Positions 40,793 through 52,541 of a stretch of 64,000 bases of DNA are shown in pieces; position 1 is the first letter of the stretch, and each line of letters begins with the position of its first letter. The notes below the pieces were generated by a model. That model was not told the origin of the DNA. It saw only the letters and a program-made list of their open reading frames with translations, and searched no databases. The DNA comes from Ramazzottius varieornatus (Eukaryota > Animalia > Tardigrada). The position numbers and the translations under genes were made by a program. The DNA lies in contig BDGG01000016.1 in assembly GCA_001949185.1 (NCBI GenBank), forward strand, positions 558,001 through 622,000, in the 5' to 3' direction.

Positions 40793-43589
40793 TTATTTGG
40801 CGGACGAGTATCGTCGAAGCAGCAAGATGTGACAGTTGTCGCAAACGCGCACAGGTTTGGGCGAGGAAGCCAGCGGCATCTTGTTGTCCGAACAAGCGTT
40901 ACAGAAGATACCGCCACAGTGCCGGCAATGATGCTTCCTCCTTGCCACCGTGAACGCTAAAACGAACATGAAATATCGTAGAAACTTTTTGCATGTGGCA
41001 TGCTGCTCGTCGGAACGCACCTTTCTCACAGAGTTTGCAGTTAACTGCATCCTTCTCCCATTGTTGGTTCGTCGGATCAAACTGGTTAGTTAGATCTTTC
41101 AGTTCGGCAACTTTTTCTTTTTGCCTATAGTTATAATTCGATCAACCCATCAGTTTCAGAGGCTATAACGTGATGGTTCGCGGACTTACTCGCTAAGGTG
41201 GCTGCCAAGTTCAGCCAGGGTTTCTTCTTGTTCCTCACTCATTTTCTGAAAGTACTGATGCTCTTGCCTTAGCTTCTCGTAGCTTTCGCTAATGTTGCGA
41301 ATACTCTCCACTTCTTTCTGTAGTCCGGACAGCTTGTCTTGTTGTTCTGTCAGGGAACCCATTAAGCTAGCTTTCTGCTCTTGCTCCATCCTCAAATCGG
41401 TCTCCAAGGCCGACCTACGACAAACAGGAATTTACCCTTCAAACAAAGAACGACCAACTGCTAAACGAGAGCCCTTCAGCAACAACATATTGCTTTACCG
41501 GGTCACGTCCGTTTCTGCTAGCCGTTCACTCAGCGTTCTCGCTGTTTGTTCAGCTGCTTTCCGCTCCGTCTCCAGAACATGGATCTTGTTCCCCAACTGC
41601 ATCATCGTATCACCCATCTGACGCATCTTCTGCTCCATCCTCAGAACCAGATCCGTCTGCAAGGGATGTAAAAAACATTACTGCAATGAACGTGTGAACA
41701 CCATTGCTCAATCGTGTCTTACTTTGCTCTTCAGTGCGGTTTCCGCGGTCTGCAGTTTCTGGTACATTTCCAGGTTGATCAGCTTAAAGTCGTCCAGTTG
41801 TTTCTTGGCGGCACTCAGCATGTTATCCTTCTCAGACAGGTCCTTCTCCATTATCTTCACGGCACTCTCCGTCTCACTGCGGATGTTGGTTTGTAGCTTG
41901 AGCTCCCGTTCCAGCTCGAGCCTCGCCACGACTTCCTTGTCCAGTCTGGTTTGCAGCGTGCTGTTAAGAGTGTCCAGGCCTTGACGCGAAGAGTTGTAAG
42001 TCTCTCTTTCCACTGACAAGTCATCGTGGTTATTCTGAAAGACGTGAAAACGTTCAATCTCCCAAGTTGTACGTCAAATTCTATGATTTTTTCCGTTGCC
42101 GGTTAATAATTTGGAAGGTCAGCGAACGAAACGTACAGGATAGCTATGTCAAGAGGCGCTCCTTTTCATTGTTATTGACTGGAACTGTGCACCACTTCAG
42201 ACAACAAGCTTGTGCGTTTTGTCCGCCGGCCTTCCATTTTCATTCCTCTTAGTCTTACATGGACGTTAAAAAATATTAATCTATGATACAAAAATTAATT
42301 ACCTTCTGTAGTTTCTCGTTGATAGTTTTCAGTTCTTGGTTTACCAATTCGGTGGCTGCCATATTCGTCTTGCTTTCGTGTGATTCTTTCGTTAGCTGAG
42401 TATTCATCGCCGTAAGGACATCGATCTTGGATTCCAAGTTGGCCATTTGGACTCTGCGGACAGTTAAAGTTAGAGAGCAAAAGAAAATTCGACGGTCGAT
42501 TTTCACGTTTACTTCAAATGAGAGTTTAGTTCCTCCAAGTAGTTCTTCTGATCCAGGATAGACTTCAACCCAACTTCCTCCTCGCTGTGCGGATGCTCAG
42601 TTTCCGGCTGACTTCTGGTTTTCAGATAGGGAACCAAGGAAATCACCTGGTACTCATTGTCCAAATCTTCATCCTTTACACACAAGTTATAGTCTATGAA
42701 GTTGAGTCCCACCAACAGCCCCGCAATGACCTGACACTCTTCCGACATCATCATGGCTCCTGGCTCATAATACTCAGCTAAAAGAGTACTCCTGTTATCC
42801 ACTAACGCCTTGAAGTAGTCTGGAAGCTTCTTCTGCATCAAAGAGAGCCTGATCCATGCGCGGACCTTGCCCATGCTCGTCTCGATGTGGGACAGGTTGC
42901 GACAGCTCTCGGTGACTTCCTTGGACTGCGGACAGACGGCTTCGAGACTCTCGAGGATGCTCCAAAGTTCTTTAGTCTTGGTGGAGAGGAGAAGACCTTT
43001 GCGGTTCTTGTACCCGTGACGGAGAATTTGCTCGAGAATACTGAAGAGATGCCGTAGTGGTTGAAACTGACCTGTGAGCAGAAAAGCTTTAGCGGAAACC
43101 GAGTGCGATAGTACGATCCTGTACAGTTCGGTCCATTCGACAAAGTTTTGGGCTAAGGTGGAAAATACTGACCGGTGACTGTCCGATCCAGCGACATGGA
43201 TCTTTCAATTACATCGCGGACAATAAGCTGTGTGAGTCCTAGGAGGTTTTTCCTTTCGATCCCCATCGTCTGTTGGGCTACAAAAAAAGAAGAACGTAGA
43301 CCACAAAAATTCGAGAACGAGTTTTGCAAAAGTCACTCGCGCATGACGTCAAGTATCTACAATGACTTAACTACGCGAATTGAACAAGTAAGGAGGACAA
43401 CTGTTAAGGCTCACCAGCTTCGTGGTTTTTTCGTAGTTTCGCCTCGTTGACAGGTGTCATGAAGTCCTGGATTACGTCCAAAGAAAATCCACGAGCAAAT
43501 CCATTCTTTCTTTCTGAGAACGTCTTGGCCAGGGGACTTGCGAGGGCTGCGTACAGCGAGGTCGTTTCCACGTCTGGACGATCCGTCAT
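40793..43589 (-). CDS. RUFY2: RUN and FYVE domain-containing protein (RUFY1/2-like), multi-exon
   Basis: IERKNLL...; RUN domain [16 protein letters not shown]...YYEPGAMMM...[11 protein letters not shown]; coiled coil; FYVE WEKD...CKLC...[14 protein letters not shown]...PVRVC..C. Confidence 0.92.
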
Positions 43590-44937
43590 TCTGGAGGCAG
43601 GAACTGTTACCAATGCAGTTCAAGAGACTTTGCCCATTCAGACAAGATATGGAGCGTACGTCTCGGAAGTAATCGCAATCGTGGAGTGGGTCAGCAGTTA
43701 CACATTTAGCAGAACTGGAGGAAACTGGTTTGTGAAGCAACAAAAACGCTAGATGAACTCTGATGAAGCTGACAAACACTCAGTGATGAGCTGCTAAGGG
43801 GAGCCTCCACTTGCACATGGCCTGCCAAAACCGCAAGCCGTCGTACACGGAGTCTGATTAACCATCATCAAGCAGTTGGTAACGTGTACGTGGTGTAGAC
43901 TTCCGCACACAGACACCCGGTTCAAACTACGTCATTCACGCTTTTTGCAGCCCAGCGGGACGGTTTTCTTTTGTAGCTCGGATCCCTTGATTGAATGAAG
44001 AGCTCATCTTCAGTTTTGTTAGTGGATTACATCACATTACGTACTGTATATCATCATCGTATGACGTACACCATATCGGTCCTACGAGGTAAACGACATA
44101 ATCCTGGCATACCGATTTTCGCACCATAATTCGGGCAACGCGAAAAGTTTGATCATCGTCAACGCTTGATTCATCTCTCATCGTACGCCTGTTGATACAA
44201 CATTAGGCGTTTTGACATTGGACAGACCCATCCCTCTCCCAGGCCAAATTCCCGTGCTCGACAACGCTTTGTCGTTCTCAAACCTATTGAAACCTCGAGG
44301 AAAGGGACCGGTCTACCTCAGGAAACAAAAAACAGTTCATCTCGCGCAGCAAGAGCTGACGGAAAATATGCCCGAATTACGAGTGAAAATCACTATGCCC
44401 GAATTATGTCGTTTACCTCGTACCTATTTGTTAGCGGAATGTAGTCAATCAATCGCTCAATCAATATGTTTGACGTTCCGGCAAGGCCCCCTTTAGCAGC
44501 TCATGTATGCAAACGCTGCCAGCTGGCTCAAGTGAAGCGAACGTAACACCGAAACGCACCCGTACCAGCGTAACTTATCACCACAGTCTTCTGTCTCGAG
44601 TATGGTGGGCCGCGAGACTACCTGAAGTACTTGTTAGCTGCTCTGCACGGGTTGTCCCAACCAGCTGGGTTTGCCACTTGGAATTGGTTAGCCGCACTCC
44701 ACCTCAACCTACTTCCCATTTCCAAGTTATTTTCGGCTAGTATGGTACTGATGAATGAGTCTTTTTATTTTTTGAAAGAATTGCTCCCCGATCAGGAGGA
44801 AGGAAGTTTATGGGTGCAGCAGTCTTGGAACTCGAATGGCAACAGGTACGACACACAGAAGAAACCGAAAGGTGGCGAAGAAAAAACGATCTGGCGAGAT
44901 GGTCTCTCAGGTGCGAGAGCGGAATGGAGCGAAAGTT

Positions 44938-45986
44938 TTAGACGAAGGGTTCTTTGATGTGGGGAGCTTTCTTTGCGATGACCGGAAGTGGTTGTCCTTG
45001 CAGGTATGGGTTGATCTTGGCGTGATCGACGGCATCCACCGAGCGTGGGTGGCGCTCGTTGTAGCTGTCGGCGAACCCATTGCCGGACTTTTTCTCGCTG
45101 AACTTCTTGCCGCGAACTGTTGCATGTGCGCCATCGACTGGGATATTATTGATCGCGTTGGAGGCCGTCATCGCACAGTCAAACATATGCTCAGGGTCGC
45201 ACGGGCAGTTTTGCTGGGACTGGAAATCGCGTGAGAACTCTGCGGTGTTAGGGACATCTTCTAGACAACCATCAGCTGCGGTGTATCTAAGAGGAAATCA
45301 TCTTTATCAACAAAGAAGACAATGAAAACTAGACATTCGGGAAAATGCCTTTACGCGAAGAACCAAAATCAGTGGTGCGTCATAATGTGCCTTACGAGCA
45401 TGCAAACTCAGCCCGTAACTGAGTCAGCCTGTACAGTCCAACCTGCCAATCTAGCGATTTCTCTCTGAGAAACTGGAGGACAACGAAAAACATGGTAACT
45501 TTATTCATGCTTTCAAAAACTTACTCAACACCATGTTGAAACTTTTGCTTCACAATAATTGAATCAGAAGAAAAAACAGGAATATAGTTACCCATCAGGG
45601 CAAGGATTCGGTGGGTCGCAGTAAGCTGGCAGCATGGAGTCCGACTTGACCTGGTGAGTATTCGGGATGGTACCTTCCGGTCCTAAGTACTGGTCGCCCT
45701 CTCCGGCACCTCCAGAAAGATACTGGTGTCTCCAGAGAGGATTGTACGGCAGATGTTCCTCATCGCGGAGGACCGTGGAAGGGATGATGACGTCACGTTC
45801 TTCCTGGAGCTGGGAGTCGATGGCGTTCAGCGGGTCCTGCTCGCCGTCGTTGTAGTAGTGACCAGATACGATCTGGTTCAGAATGTCCTGGACCTTGTGC
45901 AGGTCGTCTCCCAGAACATGAGGATTGAAGACCACGAAAAGAGATAGAACAAGAGGGACAAACATGGCGGGACCTTGGTGAAACAT
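44938..45986 (-). CDS. SCG5: Neuroendocrine protein 7B2 (PC2 chaperone/inhibitor); two coding exons (~45986-45591, 45286-44938)
   Basis: Signal peptide, LRDEEHL, LPAYCDPPNPCPDGYT..DGCLE...TAEFSRDFQ..Q.C.CD.EHMFDC, and the C-terminal peptide NPYLQGQPLPVIAKK. Confidence 0.95.
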
Positions 45987-46415
45987 ATGGATCGCAGTCA
46001 ACGCGGACCTTGATTACTTTAGCCTGTAATGATCGTGTTGGCGAGACTGCGCTTGTAGTCACGTTTCACACTGAACTTCCTCTCCTCCTGAGAGGTAATC
46101 CCTTTGACGTCAGCGGAAGAGGCAATGAGGGAGGAAATCGATGAAGAGCCGGGGAAGAACCAACACAAAGCACGGTTCCGCCCTGCTCTGCCACCTATGG
46201 CCTTCCATGATGCTGGCAGGCCATGCGGTCTACACGACCTCAGCCAGGTTGCTCACTACGTCACTGCAGCTGGTAATACTTCCATCTATACACTGGAAGA
46301 CTCATGACATCATGCGTGAGACAAGCGAGCAGCTTTTACTTCTTTTTCCATTCGTTCGAATTCTCACACTGTTGCACATCGGTTAACGAACTCAAAACTC
46401 CAGACGGGAAGACGA

Positions 46416-46991
46416 CTACTGATGAGATCTACGTTTAGAATGGCTACCGGTGACAGTAGTCCATCCATCAGCGTCGGGTTCGTTTCGCGGGCGGCGAGGA
46501 GGAGAAGTCGGTTGATCATTATCGCTAGTGGATCCCGTCGGTTCCTCCACAGCCATGGCTTCCATGGACTCGCTCAGGTCCATTTCCACATCATCTCCCG
46601 AAATCTCAAGCTGGTCCGGAAGGGCGACACTTGCAGCTGTTCCAGGAGAGCCAGGTAATCGGTCGAATTCGCGGTGGAAGCCATCAGCGTCGCCTCTCTG
46701 CAGCAGACCAGCAAAGAGCAACAGTTTCTCCGCGATCTCTTTTTCGCTGGCATCGTCCAGCATCAGCTCTGGGAAATAGCCCTCCATGGCTTTGAGGAGC
46801 TCTTCCGCCAAGTCAGACGCGTTTATGTTGTGCGCGGTCTGAAAATAATAGACGACTGCATCTTCGAAATCCAGCGCCTTGCTCTGGCTGTCTCGTCCGC
46901 CAAGACTGTGTTCCACTGCGAGTCGTAGCGCAGTCCAAGCTCCAAACAGACGCCGCACGGCCTGGCCAAACAATCCTGTGTTAATCAGCAT
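46416..46991 (-). CDS. TSR2: Pre-rRNA-processing protein TSR2 homolog
   Basis: F..AV..LF..WTALRLAVEH..GG..S..KA, acidic tail, and the C-terminal DADGWTTV motif. Confidence 0.9.
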   Translation of the reverse strand: MLINTGLFGQAVRRLFGAWTALRLAVEHSLGGRDSQSKALDFEDAVVYYFQTAHNINASDLAEELLKAMEGYFPELMLDDASEKEIAEKLLLFAGLLQRGDADGFHREFDRLPGSPGTAASVALPDQLEISGDDVEMDLSESMEAMAVEEPTGSTSDNDQPTSPPRRPRNEPDADGWTTVTGSHSKRRSHQ

Positions 46992-47303
46992 TGTTTTCTC
47001 GGAGGTACTTACGAATAAGCATCATTGTCAGGAGATAATTTTGGTCCGGACACTTTGAAGAAGAGGGACAGGCTACGACTGATCAAGCTTCTGTATCAAT
47101 CAATTCAATAAAATCACACGATCAACTGTTGGTTCTGAATCGTTCGCAAGCGAACCGATGGAACCCTTTCACATCGCGGACCAGTAGGACTTGCGTGAGG
47201 CAGCATGGTTAATTACACATGTCATGGTAAGGGCGATCCATGGACCATGTTTTTGGCGTGCGGCGTGTTGGTCACAAATCTCACAATTCAACTTTGCTGG
47301 AAT

Positions 47304-47917
47304 TAGTGCTGGCAACGATACGGTATACCGATATCGTATCGAAATATATCGAATCTTTGCGATAAAATATTCCGCAGATATCGTATCGAAAATATCGATA
47401 TGAGACTAATATCGAATAACACAATAGAATATTCGGCGATATCGTATTGCGGCAAATCGATATATTTTCGACATATCGTTATTTTGCTGATTGGCAAACT
47501 CGGCAATTATATCACATTTACTAAAGACTATAGTTGATTTCGAAGCCTTGATTCCGGCCACGGTATGCCGAGCAGGCGAGCACGCTCCGCCCATTCGGTT
47601 CTGATATTAATTCTATCCAGGTTTCCATGTATTTGAAGTCTTGGACACTTGGTACTGCCAAGTCTTTACTGTATCCGACGCTTTCGATCTTACTAATACT
47701 TGGTGTAGAGATCGGCTTCTTGGGTTCTTGGCCTTGAACCCAGTGGAATTCTGAAAAAACTCCAAATGCAAAAATATCGATATATCGCTGCGATATGATA
47801 CCATATATCGAAAATACGGTATAGAAAACATATCATATCGGAATATCGATACCGAACGAAGATGATATTTTATCGAAAAATATCGTATCAAATTGTATCG
47901 TATTTTTTCCAGCACTA
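47304..47917. mobile_element. Non-autonomous hAT element, 614 bp
   Basis: TAGTGCTGG...CCAGCACTA ends, a perfect 8-bp TSD gctggaat (47296-47303 / 47918-47925), and dense subterminal (G)ATATCG/CGATA repeats at both ends. Confidence 0.93.
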
Positions 47918-48390
47918 GCTGGAATCGTGTCTCTCCACTGTAGTTCTGCTGAACCGCACGTTGCCGGGACCAGAACCGCACGATTCAGGGGCGCGTAGAG
48001 GTCCCGCGGATGGGTAAGGCTGATCAGCATGTGAGGCTGGGAAAACCGTGGTTTTGAGCCTCGAGACTGACGAAAACTGTGAAGGAGCCTCACGAGGCTG
48101 AAGAAAACGAAAAAAGCAGTATGGTGCGCAAAAAGAAGAAATCAGGCTAATTCTATATGGAGCGTCATATAAAAGTACCTTGGTTTCTATTCGTCAATGT
48201 CACAGGTGGTGGTTACGCAGTTTCACTGTAAACTGAGCCTAATGAAGAGTTAGATGATCATAGAAACGTAGAAAAGTATAAAACATTAAGAGATGAGACA
48301 GAAAAGTAGGTAAGACTGGAAACTAACAAAAGAAAGAAGAAAGGAGACAGCAGAAGGGAAAGAAAAAGCAGGAGGATCCTGCTGGACGCC

Positions 48391-48708
48391 TTACTTGTGG
48401 TTTTTAGCCACATTTCGGAGCTCCTCCATGCGAAGGATGTCCATATCGGACGCGTCCGAGCAGTGGGACTCGCGTCGCTCCCGCCCAGACTTGCCACGAC
48501 GGACACCGAACAACCAAACGAGTCCGCCCAAACCGAAAACCAACAAGGCCCCGATCACAATCAGGGCAATCTGACCTGAGTCCTCCGGGATCCTGTTGGG
48601 ATGGGGTGGTGGCAGGAACCTCGGGGATAGGTGTGCTGTTGGTCGGCAGAGTGGTGGACTACCCGCTCGTGGTCATTGCGACCGTCGTCGTGGTGGCCAG
48701 GTCGACAA
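48391..48708 (-). pseudogene. Disabled last exon of a type I membrane protein (mucin-like stalk, TM helix, tail)
   Basis: Acceptor ttgtttttag, then VDLATTTTVAMTTSG*STTLPTNSTPIPEVPATTPSQQD /frameshift/ EDSGQIALIVIGALLVFGLGGLVWLFGVRRGKSGRERRES...NHK*. Confidence 0.65.
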
Positions 48709-48889
48709 CTAAAAACAAATCGTTTAAGTTGTCGCGGTGTCAGGCATTATAATAACAAGCGGCGAAATACTTTCATTGCATACTTTAACGCATGCAATGA
48801 AGGTACTTCGCCGCGTATTTGTAAGGGAAAGCTATGTGACACCCGTCCAACTTCTTGGGTACTTTTGCTGCATCCAGCGAATCCAAGTA

Positions 48890-49619
48890 CAAGCCCGCCC
48901 AGGCCAACTTGCTACCACACATAAAGTTGAAGTGTTCTCGACCCGATCATCGTCCAGCTTCCAACCTAGTTCTCCTTGATTCAACATACTGTTTGCCATC
49001 TCACCAAAAATTACTCGCTGGATAATCTGTCGGAATCGACATAGTACTAAAAAAGGAGCGAGGCGAAGAATGCATCAACATTGACAGTTATTGCAACCGC
49101 TTTTGAAAATTTTTTTATCGGTTTCTTACAGACCTCCTGCGGTTTTGTTGTCGAGAAAAATCAGAACTAGGTCTGAGCTACAGAAAAGTGTGTCGAAAAT
49201 ATGAATCCGTCGTTCGGAACCGGAGCTACAAACTTTCCCGCAAAACGGTTTTTCCGGCAAAGTGGCGGAGTTCCCTAGTTTCAATTCATTTGCCGAGCTA
49301 GTTCGATGTCCCTATGGCCGTTCCTGATTTTTACTAACAACTCAGATACTCATAGGTGTACTGTCCTCGGACTGGGGATCGTAGCTCGCACCGAGAATTC
49401 TGGAAACTGTATTTCAGTAGCAGCGACATGTCTTACCCACCTTCGGTCGTATCAGACAGAATTTCAAAGCTATTTCTTAGTGTAAGCACAGGAGTTCTGT
49501 GCTAATCGAAACAGCTTGAAAAGTTTTCTGGACATCGGGAACGAGTGCGCGGAAAAGATGCACTCTGAATTTTTTAACGTGAAAAGTCCAGGTGGTAGCA
49601 AGTTGGCCTGGGCAGGATA
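48890..49619. mobile_element. Nested Tc1/mariner-like MITE (~730 bp)
   Basis: Perfect 22-bp inverted core gcccaggccaacttgctaccac (48897-48918 / 49592-49613), with TA dinucleotides just outside the degenerate tips. Confidence 0.75.
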
Positions 49620-50233
49620 TATTTTGGCGTTGTTAGCCTGGTAGGTCCCACGCAGCATAATACCGACAGCATAATAAAAAAACAATTTCGGCCAGCCAGA
49701 GGTTGGCCTCAGGAGGCTGCTACTTTTGCTTCCATTTTCCCAGCTATTTTCCCACGCTGTCGAGGCTGAGAATTTGGACTTTGGGACAGGCTGAGCCTCG
49801 TCAGCCTTACGGGTCAACGCGCCCCTGCGCACGATCAAGCTCTTGATTATGTACGTCAAAGGCGATAGTAGGCTGGGACCAGGTCTTAGTCAACTGCACC
49901 CAGGGTCTCCATGACGTCATTCAAAGACCTGCGGAAGAAAAAGGCGAGCACAGCAAGACTGATCCTGAATACTCCTGTATCCAAGTCAGCGCCTTGTCGT
50001 GTGGGATTTTATGGTAACCTGGTCTCAGATGGACGCGCGGTTCAGCAGCACTACAGTGTGTCCCTCTGACTCGCTCATCTTCTCGTAATCTCATTCCAAA
50101 GATCTGCTCCGTGGTGCAGGTGGTTCTGGTGTTCCAGATGGCTGATCCTCTCCCGTAGGCCACATCATTTGGCTCATCTTTGACCGGTTTTGAGCTCTAG
50201 ATTCTGCAGCGCAGTGCACACTGGACAGTCGAT

Positions 50234-52102
50234 ATGGCGAAACAGACAGTCGAAATCAGATTCGCGGCCTGGAAACAAGCCCCTCTTCTAGCTGAACTCT
50301 TCCACGCAAAGAAAGACTGCGACCTCATCCTCGTTCCTGCATTGATTAGTGAAGCTAGTGTCCTGGGCGATGCGTCGAACGCTCTGGAACAACTCTTCAA
50401 GAGTGGCGATACGATCCAGTCGGAAGAAATCCAGTGCCACAGGTGAGCCGGTTGACTGTTCTCTTGAAGATTCATGCTGAATGCTCTGTTTGTAGTCTTC
50501 TTATCCTGAATTACTCGGAGCTTGTTCGAAGCCTGGTGCAGAACGGTAAGAGTCGAAAGAGAAGACTAGTAGTCGAAGCAACAGGTGCGGTGTCCGAAGG
50601 ATCCGGTTACATCGTCGACATTCCCGACATCCGGTACGATATGCTGTCCCTGTGGATCCAAGCGATGTACACAGGACTAGCAGAGGTCGAGCAGGACCAG
50701 TTGCAGGTGTTTCTGGCTGCTGGAAAAATTCTGAAGGTAACTGATCGTAACTTCGCCGGTTATCGTTCCATTCAAAATATTATTAGCTTTTCGTTCCGAA
50801 CACATGACGTCATAGAAACGAAGCCGATTTGGGTGTTGCATCAGCATAGTATTGGTCTTGTTTGTGACGTCAGGCATAGCTTTTGCTGATTATAGGTTTA
50901 TTTGACTTCTACTTTCAGGTTGAATACACAGCTTTCCTCGCGATCGCTGACAGTGTTACAGGAGTGAATGCGACAAGCCACCCAGATCTCTCGCCAGTTT
51001 TTTACTTAGATCTGATCAAGTTTCTGAGCGATGCATCCCGAGCCGAGAAGAGTAAAGTGGCCAATCCGGATGCGACGAAACGTCACGATCAGCTGAACCT
51101 GGCTGCCAAATGGGTGGCCATCGAATTCCTTCGTCTCGTATCTGTATGAAACTCTTTCTTGCTTTTGACTGGAACAATTTGTACGTAGACAGCGTTCTTT
51201 CCTTTAGGTTGATGATTCACCTGTCTTTACAGGAAGGCGGTGATGTGGAAGCGGCGCTGAAGCAATACCTGCCCAGCGTCATCGATCGTCACTGGTGGCA
51301 CATGCTCTACGTTATGCAAGGTAAGAGTGACTTACTGCGAGGTACCAAGTACCTTGTCAATGACGTGGGTGAGCGAAGGTTCTTCACGACCAAAGACGAG
51401 GCCAAAGATACCGCCAAGAAGAACGATGAGGAAAAGCCATTGTCCTTCTCCGTCTGGCGCTTCCAGATTGTCAAGATGTTCACTCTGTGGGAGAAGGTGC
51501 GTGAAGAAAATACATCCAATTACTCTTTTCGTTTCACCGATATCTTTTTACCGCCCTTGCTATTCCAGGAATATCAGGAACACCTGGACGATACACCTTT
51601 GAGGAAGTTCTGCTACGACATGATCCAGAAGATCTCCCTGACGGAAGTCGAACGAATCACCGTCGTAGGTGAGTTTTATTGTGACCTGCTTTTTCCGGTA
51701 TTGGGTTACCCTCCTTCTCGTCTTCTAGTGTTGCATTTCGAGCACAAGGATTTGTCAAGACACGGTCAATGGCTGCTGCCTCTCAAGTCCGTCATGGAAG
51801 CCAAAACAGCGCCTTCTTCTACCGCCAAGCCGGAAGAAGTTGTCACTCCGAGAAAAGCTCCTGCTGAACCAGAGAAGGTCGCTGTCATTACAGTCGCTTC
51901 GCCCATGATGCTTCCTAACCAAGCCAGAGACGGTTCTGCCGAGATAGGGTCAGGAATAGGATTTCACACCACGTTGTCCAAGAAGCCTCGGCCGTCACCA
52001 GCCGAGCGAGCGGAGAGTGAAGAGTTCCAACCAATGTCAACCACCATGTCGAAGAAGCGAGCCGGAAGTGCTCGAGCGGACAAGAAGCGCGGCCGGAAGT
52101 GA
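50234..52102 (+). CDS. BTB/POZ-domain protein with an unrecognised C-terminal region and basic tail; about 6 exons
   Basis: DCDLILV...IQCH|SLLILNYSELVRSL...IPDIRYDMLSLWIQAMYTGLAEVEQDQLQVFLAAGKILK fits the BTB consensus. It ends KKRAGSARADKKRGRK (NLS-like) and has canonical splice sites. Confidence 0.75.
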
Positions 52103-52541
52103 AGTTGTGAGATGAGGTTAACTGACTTTACTTCTCGCGTTGTAAATTTTTGATGAGCTTTCCTCTTTTTTACTGTCTCACGTTTTTCCCCCTTTTTTAG
52201 ACAGTGATAATATGCATAACTTACGTTGAAGTCTTTACCAAAGGCCTCTGTTTCTTTTGCTGCCTACAGGAGTTTTCCGCATAAAGCTGATTGAGTGTTT
52301 GTCGGCAGCCACAAATTTCGGTTTTGCGTGTCAAAATGGTTTCTTACTGTAGACGTTCTTTGCTGATTGAAGGCAAACAGTCTGGAACGCTCCGTGGCTA
52401 TTACGTCGGTCAGTTTCCCAGCCAGCTAATACGAAGGCTTTCGTTGATCGACAGAAAGAGGAGCAGTTATCACAGATTGCAAATATACCGGCTAGATCAT
52501 GAAGAAAGGGTTCAAGAATCTGCCTTACGAGAAGAAACCTG

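Larger units (their letters stand above)
47986..49827. mobile_element. hAT-like non-autonomous element (~1.84 kb) carrying a captured gene fragment and a nested MITE
   Basis: 11-bp TIR CAGGGGCGCGT/ACGCGCCCCTG, an inverted GTAAGGCTGA, clustered GAGGCT/AGCCTC subterminal motifs at both ends, and flanking direct repeats cgcacgatt / cgcacgatc (8 of 9). Confidence 0.75.

Noticed and set aside
48830-49000. 55-aa minus-strand ORF MANSMLNQGELG...
   Set aside because: It starts inside the nested MITE and runs through its TIR, so it is a chance ORF.
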